Assembly: GCA_965235115.1 (NCBI GenBank)
Contig: OZ249436.1
Coordinates: forward strand, 2,854,001-2,918,000
Length of the DNA stretch: 64,000 bases
Source of the DNA: Laetmonice hystrix
Taxonomy: Eukaryota
Direction of reading: 5' to 3'
Made by a program: the position numbers and the translations under genes. Below, one piece after another: positions 29,878 to 42,900 of the stretch (position 1 is its first letter; every line of letters begins with the position of its first letter). The notes below the pieces were generated by a model. It did not search any database. It saw nothing but the letters and a program-made list of their open reading frames with translations, and had not been told where the DNA came from.

Positions 29878-30916
29878 ATCGCGTTACAAGCTATTCCGAA
29901 GTCGAGAAGCGAGGAAGGTCCGCCTTCATAATGATTGGCCGTTATTTATAAATGATTATAATAAAGGCCCAATATTCACACACACATCGTACATGTTCGT
30001 GCTAGCACAGGGATTCTGGTAAGCCTACCCGTCCTGCATTTATTAACATAATAAATGAGCTATCATGCTCAATTATTCGTTCCTTCCTAAATCATTTAGA
30101 AAGCTCCACTGGTACCCAGATTTAGTCCATTTCGAAGAGATGCATTCTGGGTGCTTGCTATTTTCGTGATTGCTCCGTCTTCGAGCAGGAATACTATATA
30201 TGGGTATAGGATTCATTACTCCTATCCCAATCCCAGTCGATGACCTATTTACGTATGTAGGTCACACTGAGAGACGGAACCTTCGTCCAGGCATTAACAG
30301 GAATAGATTCCTCCCAATAAAACAGATGAATTATCCTTGTAAAAAGTAATGTCCAGAGGGCTAATACATACTGAGAGAGAGATCTTTACAGAGTCTACGA
30401 ATACCACCTTTCTACCATCAATACTACCCACACAGCACCCACGCAGCATCCCATACCTGTACAGTCATTCCAACTAGGACCCGGTTTTTGTCCGTTTTGA
30501 GTGAGACAATTCTGCTTGAGTTTAAGTAGTAAATTTCGACCCGAACTCAAGCTTACGATAATATCTACAAAGCCCAAATGTTACAATGCTAATACGGTGT
30601 ATTTGACATTAGTGTGTAGGTTTTCTGTATCCAAACTTTATCCGACCTGGACAGATGTAAAGAAGGGTGTCCCCTGATATGTTTTGAGTCTCAGCGGGGA
30701 TAAAAGGAGTCTCCGCATGCACAAAGAACCAAATAAAACGATTATATTGTACGGTAACTATAATAAAATGTGATATAATGTCATATAAATCAGTGTTTGT
30801 TTTTGAACATTTATTCTCATGACTTTCCCAGCCATATTCTATAACCGCTGATTGTTTTCTTACGTATCAAACTTTGAATATTTAAATATCGTCTGAATTA
30901 CGGTGTGCTGCCCAAC

Positions 30917-31797
30917 CCGCTAGATGGCGTTAGGAGTACTACGATATGGCCACACTCGCGCGCCCTCGGATTTCTCTAAATCTAGTATAAGGAAATAACT
31001 GGCGCCACCTGGTGAGTATATGCGGTATGGCTGCGGGTCGGCCCTTCAGCGCCACTGAAGGATGCTACACGCGCCTGAATACGATAAAGTGATCGTTTTA
31101 ACTCCCTGTAGTCTTCATACAGATATATCTGGCAATGCTACAAGTGATCGTATACGTTGAGTTCTCTTTGATAAGTCCCAGTCCCGATTCTTCTACAGAG
31201 ATGAAGCAGTGTCACTGTTGGCGCCACCTGTCGATGTACGAGAACATCACAGTGCCATTAAATGGTCCCGTTCCCCGATGTCACGCTCACATTCGCGCCC
31301 CTTTGCTGAAATGAACGCTCACAGATCCTGCACGGGACCCTGGGTATGCCGCAGGGGACCAGGCTAACGAGGACACCGCTTGCCGAACTAGGCCTATTTC
31401 TTTTGAGAAGCTGTATGGCGGATTTCCTCGTGACACCAGCCGAACCGGTGGCTAATCCAAAGACAAACACCCAGCGTAAGTTGTAATAAAGAAATGTCAC
31501 TGCTTGATGCCCCTCTTCGATAGGCCTAGGCCTAGTCCATCAACGGACCCACCAACGGCAAAGCGCACAGCGAGTGGACTGTTTTCGGTCTAGCCTAGGC
31601 CTACTTTATGTCACTGGTGTAGTAAGCTAACGAGTGAGGTGGCGCGCATGTTTCTATTTGGGCCGTGAGTGATCTGTGAGAGTGATTTCCATGAACAAAC
31701 GAAGATTGCCGAACATTGCCGGAAGGACTCGAGTGTGAGAATGCCCCGATGTCTCTTCAAGGTTGGCGGGAAAGGACGTATAACAGTAGATGGCGCC
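30917..31797. promoter_or_regulatory. Cluster of CTCF-like motifs between gene 1 and Syt4
   Basis: CCGCTAGATGGCGT (30917,+), TCACCAGGTGGCGCC (31001-31015,-), TCGACAGGTGGCGCC (31220-31234,-), GAGTGAGGTGGCGCG (31632,+), ACAGTAGATGGCGCC (31783,+). Confidence 0.55.
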
Positions 31798-33589
31798 ACT
31801 GTCGTGTAAGCGCGAACGCTGGCTGTCGTCTGCTCTCGGTAAGACCTCTTACGACACTCGCTACGTCAGCGGACGCTAGCTCCGTCCAATAGAAAGTGGC
31901 GTTTTACAGATCGACAGAGACGCGACCGGTGCAGTGTTCCATGAAGTCCTACTGATACGTAAAGGGCCAGATGTTAGCGGAAAGTGTCGGGAGTAAGTAT
32001 CATATGAACATGTATCCCCTCCTCCGTCTCTCTTTCCGTGAAGTGTACCAGTGGTGTGAATCGTACCCGTAAAGACCTTACCAGAAAACCACAGGAACCT
32101 CCCAAGTACACCTGTTACCGTGAACATATGCTAGCATGTAGGATATGTAGTGGGCGTTGGCCGGTGTAAGACGTTGCCATGCAAGTCATACACCTACTTC
32201 AGCCATATGGATATCAGTACGGACCGTATCCAGTTATATTTTCTATTGTTTCGGGACTCACACAGTTAACTTTTATGTTTATCAGATGTGTTCTGTAAAA
32301 ACGACACGGATAGGCCTAAATGTGTTCAGTTGGTTTGAGCGAGGCCTATTTCTTGATAATGTGTTGATATGTTAGGTGATCTCCGAATCTGTGTAGGCCT
32401 TGTACCTTGGTGATTGATGATTTTAATATCATATTCATTGACAAACATTATATAGGCGTTTTATCTTATCTTTATTAAGAATACTTACACCCCCGCTTTC
32501 TAAATAAAGTGACCTTTCCGTTTTCATGTCCAGTGTTTGAACCAGAATCACAACAGCCTTTATTATATAATATGTGCGTCCTATCTGCTAGTGCCATTCA
32601 GCGGGTGCCATACGGTGGTCCGTATGGAACGCATGTTTCACAGAGACTGCCTTGATTGTACACGTTACGGGGTGATGCAACGTTAACTATGAAGTCCTAT
32701 GGAAGCGCCAGAACATGTATTATAAATTAGGCTAGGCTGTTCAAACAGCAGGCCCCATCCCATCAGTTTGCCACGGATTTGTGAGCACCGTGTAGAAAAA
32801 ATGGGGAGGGGGGGTCCACTTAACCAACCGCCCCGTTCCGTGGCCTCGCGGATATAATATAGGTAAAAGTTAATAAACGCTTCTAAATATTTGTTGTTAA
32901 TTCTTATTTACTGTTAGAAATTAGAAATAATCCAAACGACACGTAGCGGGATTCGGCTCCTTCACCGCGGGGTTTGGTGTCGTGAATTAGTGCAATATCC
33001 GTAAATTAAACCAAGCAACTCTCATACATGTGTAGGAATAGAATCGTTTATAAGTGAGAAAAACATGGATAAATATTGAAATATTCTTACGATTGAAAAA
33101 GTCCAAAATAATTATTATATAAATGTACACTGCCTTGACATTCAAGGACACTTAAAATTGTGTTGGGAGCAGGTGGTAATCCTCATCAGATAATGACTAG
33201 TGGCAAGGATGAGTGGCTAAGCTCCTCTAGGCTCTAATTATACACAAATAAACCTGTGGTCGAGAGGAGGGATTGCTCATTGGGGCACTTATTACGCTAC
33301 GATACTAATCCCAACATGTCGGGTATTCAGCGTTCGTACGTCGACATCCTTTGAATGTCGGCAACATGTTTGCTTGCTGCAGCACGTGCAGACGAACGCT
33401 GCCAGTGACGAACGCTGTCAGTGACGAACGCTGCCAGTGAGCTGGAGGACGCTGTGTCCACGACAACCGACCAGCGTTTCAGTGCCGTGCGGCGTGCATG
33501 AATGGCGCGTTGTGTTTGTGGAGAGAACGCCTGTCTCATGCACTGCGTCCTCCGCAACACCACCACCCTCATTACTTAACCACCGAGCT

Positions 33590-33625
33590 CGTCTCCGATT
33601 GGCTGATGTGCTCTGACGTCATAGT
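33590..33625 (+). promoter_or_regulatory. Candidate Syt4 proximal promoter: inverted CCAAT box (ATTGG 33598-33602) and perfect CRE TGACGTCA (33614-33621)
   Basis: Motifs in a CpG-rich stretch ~270 bp upstream of the proposed ATG. Confidence 0.55.
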
Positions 33626-33885
33626 CCTGAGATGGATATTCATTGTGGCGACTGTCCTCTGCAGTAGCAGGCTCGTGTGAATCTAGAAGCAATCACCTAT
33701 TGCTGATGATATGGCCGAGATTTCACAATGAACTAGTTTAAGGAGCACCTTTCCATTCACGGCAATCAGACGGTAGCAATGTCCATTCAGTATTTAGAAG
33801 ACCAACACTAACCCTACAGATCTGAGGGATTTTATCATTGGGATATTGTGAGGTAGTATCCCCACTATACGAAGCGGCGTACAAG

Positions 33886-33919
33886 ATGGTGGTGCCAAAC
33901 GACATCGTAACATACCCAG
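33886..33919 (+). CDS. Syt4: Syt4 first coding exon [11 protein letters not shown]
   Basis: AAGATGG start context, CAG|gtatgt donor in phase 1 matching the exon at 40596; downstream of a CCAAT/CRE promoter. Confidence 0.7.
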
Positions 33920-36900
33920 GTATGTATTTATCCCACGATATTGTACACCTTGTAACGGAGTGAGAGCCATGAGTAGTATATAGAATTGGAGGTTTGTGTC
34001 AGGTTATTCTGGTCTCTCAACCTACACGGCCTGTGTTCAGACGCCGTTTTCTCACACTCAGTGTTCACAATATGGCAAGCTAGCGCCGCTGATGGTGCTG
34101 GTACCCACTGGGTGAGGCGATTTTAATAATTTATCGGGGCGTGTAGTACCTTCTATGGCAGTGCTCGACATTTTTGGTATGAAACGATGATGAATTAATG
34201 GAAACAATCTTCATTAACGAATGGTACTTCAGACTTTTATTCTGTGTTTTAAATGTGAACCCACGTAAGGTTGCAGGAGATTATAGTGAGGACATTGTAT
34301 GATTGGAGGGCAGGATTTGAGCAAGACGCTGGTAGAACCGAACATTCTGCAGCCTTAATTATAATATCCTGGCCTGTCGGAGGGCCGGACCGACATGTCA
34401 ACACTACAGTCGTCAATGATGTCCTCCACTCCATGCTCGCTCAGTCAACAAACCAACATTCGCTTGCTTCAATTATAATTAAATACTATTAAAGTGACAG
34501 GGATGGCTTTCCAAGCAATTCAACAATCGATGTATCATTTAGAACAGTTTGCTTTTGACATTTTCATCAAGGATTTGGTTTAAAAGTTTAAAAGAGTTCA
34601 AATATTTCGACTAAAATGGGCATTACGGAACACGTAAAGGGAGAAATCGATGTTTGGGCAGAAAATAGTCTCCATTCACACGACACAAACCATAAACGTC
34701 TCCATTCACACGACACAAACTATAAACGTCTCCATTCACAGACACAAACCATAAACGTCTCCATTCACACGACACAAACCATAAACGTCTCCATTCACAC
34801 GACACAAACTATAAACGTTTCCATTCACACCACACAAACCATAAACGTTTCCATTCACACGACACAAACCATAAACGTCTCCATTCACACGACACAAACT
34901 ATAAACGTCTCCATTCACACGACACAAACTATAAACGTTTCCATTCACACAACACAAACTATAAACGTCTCCATTCACACGACACAAACTATAAACGTTT
35001 CCATTCACACAACACAAACTATAAACGTCTCCATTCACACAACACAAACCATAAACGTCTCCATTCACACGACACAAACTATAAACACAATGCTCCGCTA
35101 CAATTCGACCCAGCCATGCATCCCATGCCCTCCCTTTCCTGGCCACTTTCAACACAATATTTGCTATTTTATTTCGAAACATAAATAGAAATTATATCAT
35201 GTCGTTCTGATGCAAACTAATGGTTGATACATATTAATGACTGAGCTGCAGTTTAACCGTATCCGATCTAGTATGGTAGGTAATAATTCTAGGGTAGTGA
35301 CACAATCATGTGTAATTACCAACCGTCAGGGAAATATCATATTGACATTCCTCTTACATCCGATATCGGGACTGGCAATCGATAATCCGTGTCTAGCATT
35401 CAGTATGGAGTATGGAAGCCCTGTGGAAGCTTAGTGTGAAGTAGGGAGGCCCTGAGGAAGCTTAGTGTGGAGTATTGAGGCCCTGTGGAAGCATAGTGTG
35501 GACTATTGAGGCCCTGTGGAAACATAGTGTGGAGTATTGAGGCCCTGTGGAAGCTTAGTGTGGAGTATTGAGGCTCTGTGGAAGCTTAGTGTGGAGTAGG
35601 AAGGCCCTGTGGAAGCTTAATGTGGAGTATTGAGGCCCTGTGGAAGCTTAGTGTGGAGTATTGAGGCCCTGTGGAAGCTTAGTGTGGAGTAGGAAGGCCC
35701 TGTGGAAGCTTAGTGTGGAGTATTGAGGCCCTGTGGAAGCTTAGTGTGGAGTAGGAAGGCCCTGTGGAAGCTTAGTGTGGAGCATTGAGGCCCTGTGGAA
35801 GCTTAGTGTGGAGTATTGAGGCCCTGGATGTGGAAGCTTAGTGTGGAGTATTGAGGCCCTGTGGAAGCTTAGTGTGGAGTATTGAGGCCCTGGATGTGGA
35901 AGCTTTGTGTGGAGTATTGAGGCCCTGTGGAAGCTTAGTGTGCAGTATTGAGGCCCTGTGGAAGCATAGTGTGGAGTATTGAGGCCCTGTGGAAGCTTGG
36001 TGTGGAGTATTGAGGCCCTGTGGAAGCTTAGTGTGGAGTATTGAGGCCCTGTGGAAGCTTAGTGTGGAGTAGGAAGGCCCTGTGGAAGCTTAGTGTGGAG
36101 TATTGAGGCCCTGTGGAAGCTTAGTGTGGAGTAGGAAGGCCCTGTGGAAGCTTAGTGTGGAGTATTGAGGCCCTGTGGAAGCTTAGTGTGGAGTATTGAG
36201 GCCCTGTGGAAGCTTAGTGTGGAGTAGGAAGGCCCTGTGGAAGCTTAGTGTGGAGTATTGAGGCCCTGTGGAAGCTTAGTGTGGAGTATTAAGGCCCTGT
36301 GGAAGCTTAGGGTGGAGTAGGAAGGCCCTGTGGAAGCTTAGTGTGGAGTATTGAGGCCCTGTGGAAGCATAGTGTGGAGTATTGAGGCCCTGTGGAAGCT
36401 TGGTGTGGAGTATTGAGGCCCCGTGGAAGCATAGTGTGGAGTATTGAGGCCCTGTGGAAGCTTAGTGTGGAGTATGTAGGCCCTGTGGAAGCTTAGCTTT
36501 CAAGACAAATAGATACATGTGTCGACCAAAAGAGGCCAATGGTTAAATGGTTCTCACTGTGTCATAATTATATCGTAGGCCTACGTGACCCGTACGTAAT
36601 AGTGAAATGAAAGGGATTTTTTTAGGGGGGGGGGGGGTCAGACGTATTGATATAGGCCCTAGGCTAATAGACCCGATTTTAATCTAAATTTGGTGGGGTT
36701 AGTTTCTGTGGTCATAATTCTTGCTACAGACGACGGCTTTGATTGGTCAGCAGTCATCCCTTCCAAGGTCAACTGCGCATTTCCCCTCTCCCCAGTCTAC
36801 CGGATGTTGTATCGATTTTACGTCACGTCCTCGGCTTCCTGAGCCATTCTACCTCCCAGACCAAAGAGGGGAGACTGAGGGAGGGTCTACAGATCCAATA

Positions 36901-39900
36901 TTTTCTTAACGATAAGGGTAGCTCGGCACCTCAAATCTAGACAGGCCTTAATACCCACAGATAGTGCTACCTGACGCATGACGAGAACTGTAAGTCCCGC
37001 TAATAGGTACGAAGGATAGAGTGTGTCCTTTTGAAAGTGCTGGCACTAAGTGGTAGTGAGACTAAGCTCTCTCAGTACTTCCTCTCATAGACCGAGGTGT
37101 CAATGGGTGCTTTCCTTTAGAAATATTTTAAGTTATGTCTAAAGGTGCATTTCTAAGTGCTTTAAGTTTTAAGTTACGTTCGGATGTGCATGACTTGATA
37201 TAAAGATACATCTCGCCCTTTGATTGCACACCTTGGATGCCTATGCGCATGCGCACACGGAAGGCCTATAGTGGGTGAAGAAATGGTTTCATTACAGCAC
37301 AGTAGCAGTGCTACCAATATAATCATATTGCCTACACATGTCGACAATTCTGTTTGCGTGGGAGAATCAATTCCAACCCGTCAGGTCAATCCCCTAAGGT
37401 AATATCCCCATGAACATTGTGGTCAAGAACTTAGAATTAATTATCTATCACCAATGTATCAACCAATGTATCAACCAATGTATCAACCAATGTATCAACC
37501 AATGTATCAACCAATGTATCAACCAATGTACCAACCAATGTATCAACCAATGTATCCACAATGTATCAACAATGTATCAACCAATGTATCAACCAATGTA
37601 TCAACCAATGTATCAATGTATCAACAATGTATGCGTGAGAGAATCAATTCCAACCCATCAGGTCAACCCCCTAAGGTAACATTCCCATGAAAACTGTGGT
37701 CAAGAACTTAGAATTAATGATCTATCACTACACCGAGATACAACCCCCAATCCTACCCTCCCCCGGGCGGCCTCAAACCTCCGCAAAATAATTATCTCAC
37801 AATTCCGGGGGACTGTATATCTCCGGGGAATAGCTCACCTCCACGGATCTACACAGTCTTCCCGGACCTAGCTTTGGTCAGTCAGATATGGAGTAAACAC
37901 AATGTATGCACCTAGATACATACAGAGCTAGGTGCAAACTGACGGAGTCAATACACGTCAATAATATGATTTGATATTATTCATACCCCCCCCCCCCCAC
38001 CACCACCACCACCACCACCACCGCCACCACCACCGTCACCACCACCCGTAATCTCCGGGAATCCAGGTCGGGAGACCCGAGCATATCGATTGCCTCAGTG
38101 TCTAGCTTCCGTGTTAGCGAATCGTCCGCTGAGATGTGTTGTTTGTTGTGAGCTGTTTTTTTATGTGATGATATTAATAAATCATGGCTGCATGATATAA
38201 ACGGTGGGATGTTGTGCGGCGGTGTAAGGGTTATAAACACCACGAGTATCGACTCCAGGGGCTCTCGTGTCAGGACACTCCAACTCATCTAGTGTTTTCA
38301 TGAAATATCCATGAGAGAAAAATTGATTCACAGATTTACAAAACTAGATCTGCATTTCAATGCAGGGCGCAAACAATTGCCAGGAATAACGAGCGCTAAC
38401 GGCAGACATTATCCAGGCCTGTAAATTATTCTCCCAAACGTTATCAGTGATTTCTGTAAAGGGTCATATACACTGGTTCACCCGGGAGGCCAATGTCGGT
38501 ATGGCTGAGCATACTCAACAAAAATGAAAAATGCAAAAGGGTGCATATCCTGTCACCACAGGTAAAAAAAAACCTTTTTACATGTGAAAGTATCAAATGT
38601 CACTGTGATATTCGAATATCCGGAATAAAGTATTATTCATTTTTTTACTATACGACCAATAATACTGAACTTGGCCGGCCGTGTGGACTATGCAGCGTAT
38701 GTGGCCTTTAAACAATCGTCCTGTCCGTGTAGACGATCTTCCTGTCCGTGTAGACAATCGTCCTGTCCGTGTAGACAATCGTCCTGTCCGTGTCGACGAT
38801 CCTCCTGTCCGTGTATAGACGATCGTCCTGTCCGTGTAGACGATCGTCCTGTCCGTGTAGACGATCCTCCTGTCCGTGTAGACGATCGTCCTGTCCGTGT
38901 AGACGATCGTCCTGTCCGTGTAGACGATCGTCCTGTCCGTGTAAACAATCGTCCTGTCCGTGTAGACGATCGTCCTGTCCGTGTAGACGATCGTCCTGTC
39001 CGTGTAGACGATCGTCCTGTCCGTGTAGACGATCCTCCTGTCCGTGTAGACGATCCTCCTGTCCGTGTAGACAATCGTCCTGTCCGTGTGCTATACCTCT
39101 GTGCTATACGAAACTGCTGACGCTGCACTTTCAGTACATTACGTACATGCATATCGGCCGATAGTCTTGTAAGCCGTATGTATAACTGCCTTTGTAAAAG
39201 CATTTTTCAAAAGGGATTTTAAAATTGCGGTCTAACATTATTCAGACTGTCAGAACTGCTTACACAGGCCCTCTTTGGCCTAATTCAAAAACCGCTGATA
39301 CACGCGTAATTGTATTTCCCTTCGGCGTAATCTAATAACACACGTGGCTGTTTGTCATTTTGTATCTGTGATACATGAGCGCCCAGATATAATACATATA
39401 ACAGTCTGTGATACATGAGCGCCCAGATATAATACATATAACAGTCTGTGATACATGAGCGCCCAGATATAATACATAACAGTCTGTGATACATGAGTAC
39501 TCAGATATAATACATAACAGTCTGTGATACATGAGCGCCCAGATATAATACATATAACAGGCTGTGATACATGAGCGCCCAGATATAATACATGTAACAG
39601 TCTGTGATACATGAGCGCCCAGATATAATACATGTAACAGTCTGTGATACATGAGCGCTCAGATATAATACATATAACAGTCTGTGATACATGAGCGCCC
39701 AGATATAATACATATAACAGTCTGTGATACATGAGCGCTCAGATATAATACCTATAACAGTCTGTGATACATGAGCGCCCAGATATAATACATATAACAG
39801 TCTGTGATACATGAGCGCCCAGATATAATACATATAACAGTCTGTGATACATGAGCGCCCAGATATAATACATATAACAGTAGCCTCTCTATTAGATCAT

Positions 39901-42900
39901 TGGGTCCCAGACGCTGGATCGACAAGGAGTTCGCTGGTCAAGTTCGTCTGCTTATCTGTGACGTTACAAGGGGGAGGGTCGATAACAAATATCGTATCAA
40001 CATATCACATGTTTACTGCTCATGTGTCTTACCGTGCAAAGTTAGCATGTAGTGGTTACCCCTCGCTATATACGTGTATTGCCATAGGATATCATTAATA
40101 CATAGATACACAATAACATTAATACAAAGATACAGGATATCATTTAATATACATAGATACACGATATCATTAATACATAGATACACACCCCAACAGTTAC
40201 GCCTGGTTAAGATATCTTAGGCCGTAGTCATGCATGCTCTCATATTAATTGAGCCTATATACTTCGACATTGTACATATTAATCATGGTGCAATTGATGA
40301 TAATTACACAGCGCTAATTATCAATCTTAAGACAATGGGGAAGTCCCAGCCTCGTCCTCATGCAATCACACAAGGACAAAGACATTAATTACATTATTTT
40401 ATCTGTTTCGTGATATTTTGACCACTGTAAGAAACGTTTTCAAAATCATTTTCCTTGTGCCTACTTGACCCCTTTTCATATAAATCCCTTTTGGTCAGCT
40501 TTCCCAGCTGGACACCCCGCCCAGTTTGATAGAGTTTGGTGGACCTGGCCATGTATGTACACCGACGTGAACACGCCTATATTTGCCTGTTTCAGTCCAG
40601 TGGTACGCGGTATGTGGCATAGTGCTCGGAGCCCTTGCCTTCCTGGTCGGGGTGACAGCCGTCGCCTACAAATGTTACCGACGTCGGATCCTCACCAGCA
40701 ATGAGAACCGACTGTCGGCTGCCATCAAGAAAGGCCTTAAAGAATCGAATAATGGCAGCATGAAGAAAAGTCCCAGCCTGCGGAGCACAGGTTCAGTGAA
40801 GAGTGTCCGTAGTGAGACTGGCGGGCAGAGCCGGCCGCTCATCCAGCAGGGACAGCAACCGGATGTGGCCATCCCTGAGAAGCGCAAGCGCAGTCCGAGC
40901 AGCACGTCACCAATCGACGCCAAGCAAATCAAGGCAGAATGTTACGTGGAGGACGAGACAAAGGACGCTGACCCGAACGTCACGTCACCGGGCAGCGAGA
41001 AGGATGAGAAACTGAAGGAAAGTTCTGAAGATGACCTCAAGATGGCGCAACTTGGAATGCTCTACTTCACGGTGGAGTACGATAAACACAAGACTGCCCT
41101 GGTGGTGACCATCAGCCGGGCGTGTGACCTTCCGGCCAAGGACCCGAACGTTGGATCATCCGACCCGTACGTCAAACTCCAGCTCCTGCCCGAGAAACGC
41201 CACAAGGTCAAAACGCGCGTTCTGAGAAAGACTCTGAACCCAGTTTACGATGAGATCTTTACGTTCTATGGACTTTCCTACAACCAACTTCCAGGGATCA
41301 CACTTCACTTCGTCATGCTCAGCTTCGACAGATTCTCCCGGGATGACATTATCGGAGAGGTCGTTTACCCACTCTCGGGCGTCGACCTCAGTGAGTCAGA
41401 GGTGTCCATCAGCAAGGAAATTGCTCCACGGCATATGAAGGTACGTGCCTCCTTTCTTGTCGCAAGATCTTATAGTCAAAACTAGAGGGGGGGGGTACAA
41501 AACCAACCTAAAACATACATAATGTGAAACATTGCAACATCTGCCAAAATCTTCTGCTTTTTGCTCTCGCCATGCATAGGCGCCAGAAGCGGGGGGCAGG
41601 GGGGGGCGACCGCCCCCTCGATAATCTGGTTGAGGGGGGGCATCGCCCCCCCCCCCAATAATCTGTGATCATGAATGAAAAAAGCAGGTTTTTCCACATA
41701 CAGTAGGCCTGTTGAAACCATGACTTGGGTGCGTCAAAGACTGGGTCGATTGTCCTATTGATAGGCCTACATTGAATTTGTAATCTATTCATTCACGGCA
41801 TCAAAACATAAAAAATCCTGCCTCAAAATGGTGTAGAAAAGCGTTTTAGGCCGTGTGTAGTTTTCAAAATTTTACCAGGGAGGGCCTCCGACCCTTCTTT
41901 ACTAAACATGTTGTAGCCTATGACGTCGCTTCAGCTCTGCCCCCCCCCCCCCTCCCAAATAATAATTTGCTTCCGGCGCCCCTGTCGCCATGCCCTGCCT
42001 CCGTTGCAAGAGGAAACTGAAAAATGCGTGAAGCGGTAAAAGGGTTACCTTTCGTCCACGGACTCTCACTCATTGCTGTTTGAAAGAATGGCGGCTGGCA
42101 CAAAACGGGACTAGGTCAAAAAACGCCTACTTGTAGTAAAGTTTGGTGGTAAATGTTCCACCCAAACAAGCAGTTCCGTAGACAAGGCATCGGTACTGCA
42201 CCTGCCAGCATTGATGGCACGTCGTCTGCCATACGCCCAGACAGACCTTTTCATGCGCGCCAACAGCTCGAACCTCCCAACAACCCGATATGTACGGCGT
42301 AGCTACAATGCCTCTACGGAATATTGATTGTTCATCTCAATAAAAGATGTGTGGAACGAGAAGGGGAAACACCATGACTGAAGGTCGACTGAAGGTCGTT
42401 TTACCTTCTGTTAGTAGTTGCCCTATTGACGGCCGCGAGTACGACCTCTGCTGACCTTTCCTCCCCACACCCACACATTGGCATTGTCAGCTCCTGAGGC
42501 CCTCAGTACAGAACCTTGGCAGTGGGGTGACGGGGCGGGCGGCGCATAGACAGAGAATCATAGATCGAGATCAGCTCCCACAGTGCGGATCAGAAGATAA
42601 AGGCAGTCAGTGATACAAGGCAGGGCACCCACGGTGCATTGGCAAACAGCTCGGGCCTCATGTAGGCCTACACAATGGAATTCATACTGCACAATTAGGA
42701 AGTGGGGGTACCAAACGCTATAGTAAATTACGTAAGATCCTAAAGGCGAACTTTCTGAAGGGATCAATGCCTCGGCTGTTCCAAGTATATCCTGTGTAGA
42801 GCACAATATAAGAAATCAATAGAGAGACAATAAAAGGTCGTTCACTCAGAGGATAGGGTCTATTAGTGACTCCCTCGGCTCTGGTTACAATGTCCTCAAG

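Noticed and set aside
33849..33875. let-7-like TGAGGTAGTA...CTATAC
   Set aside because: Only the first 10 nt match let-7, there is no room for a precursor hairpin, and it lies just before the Syt4 ATG
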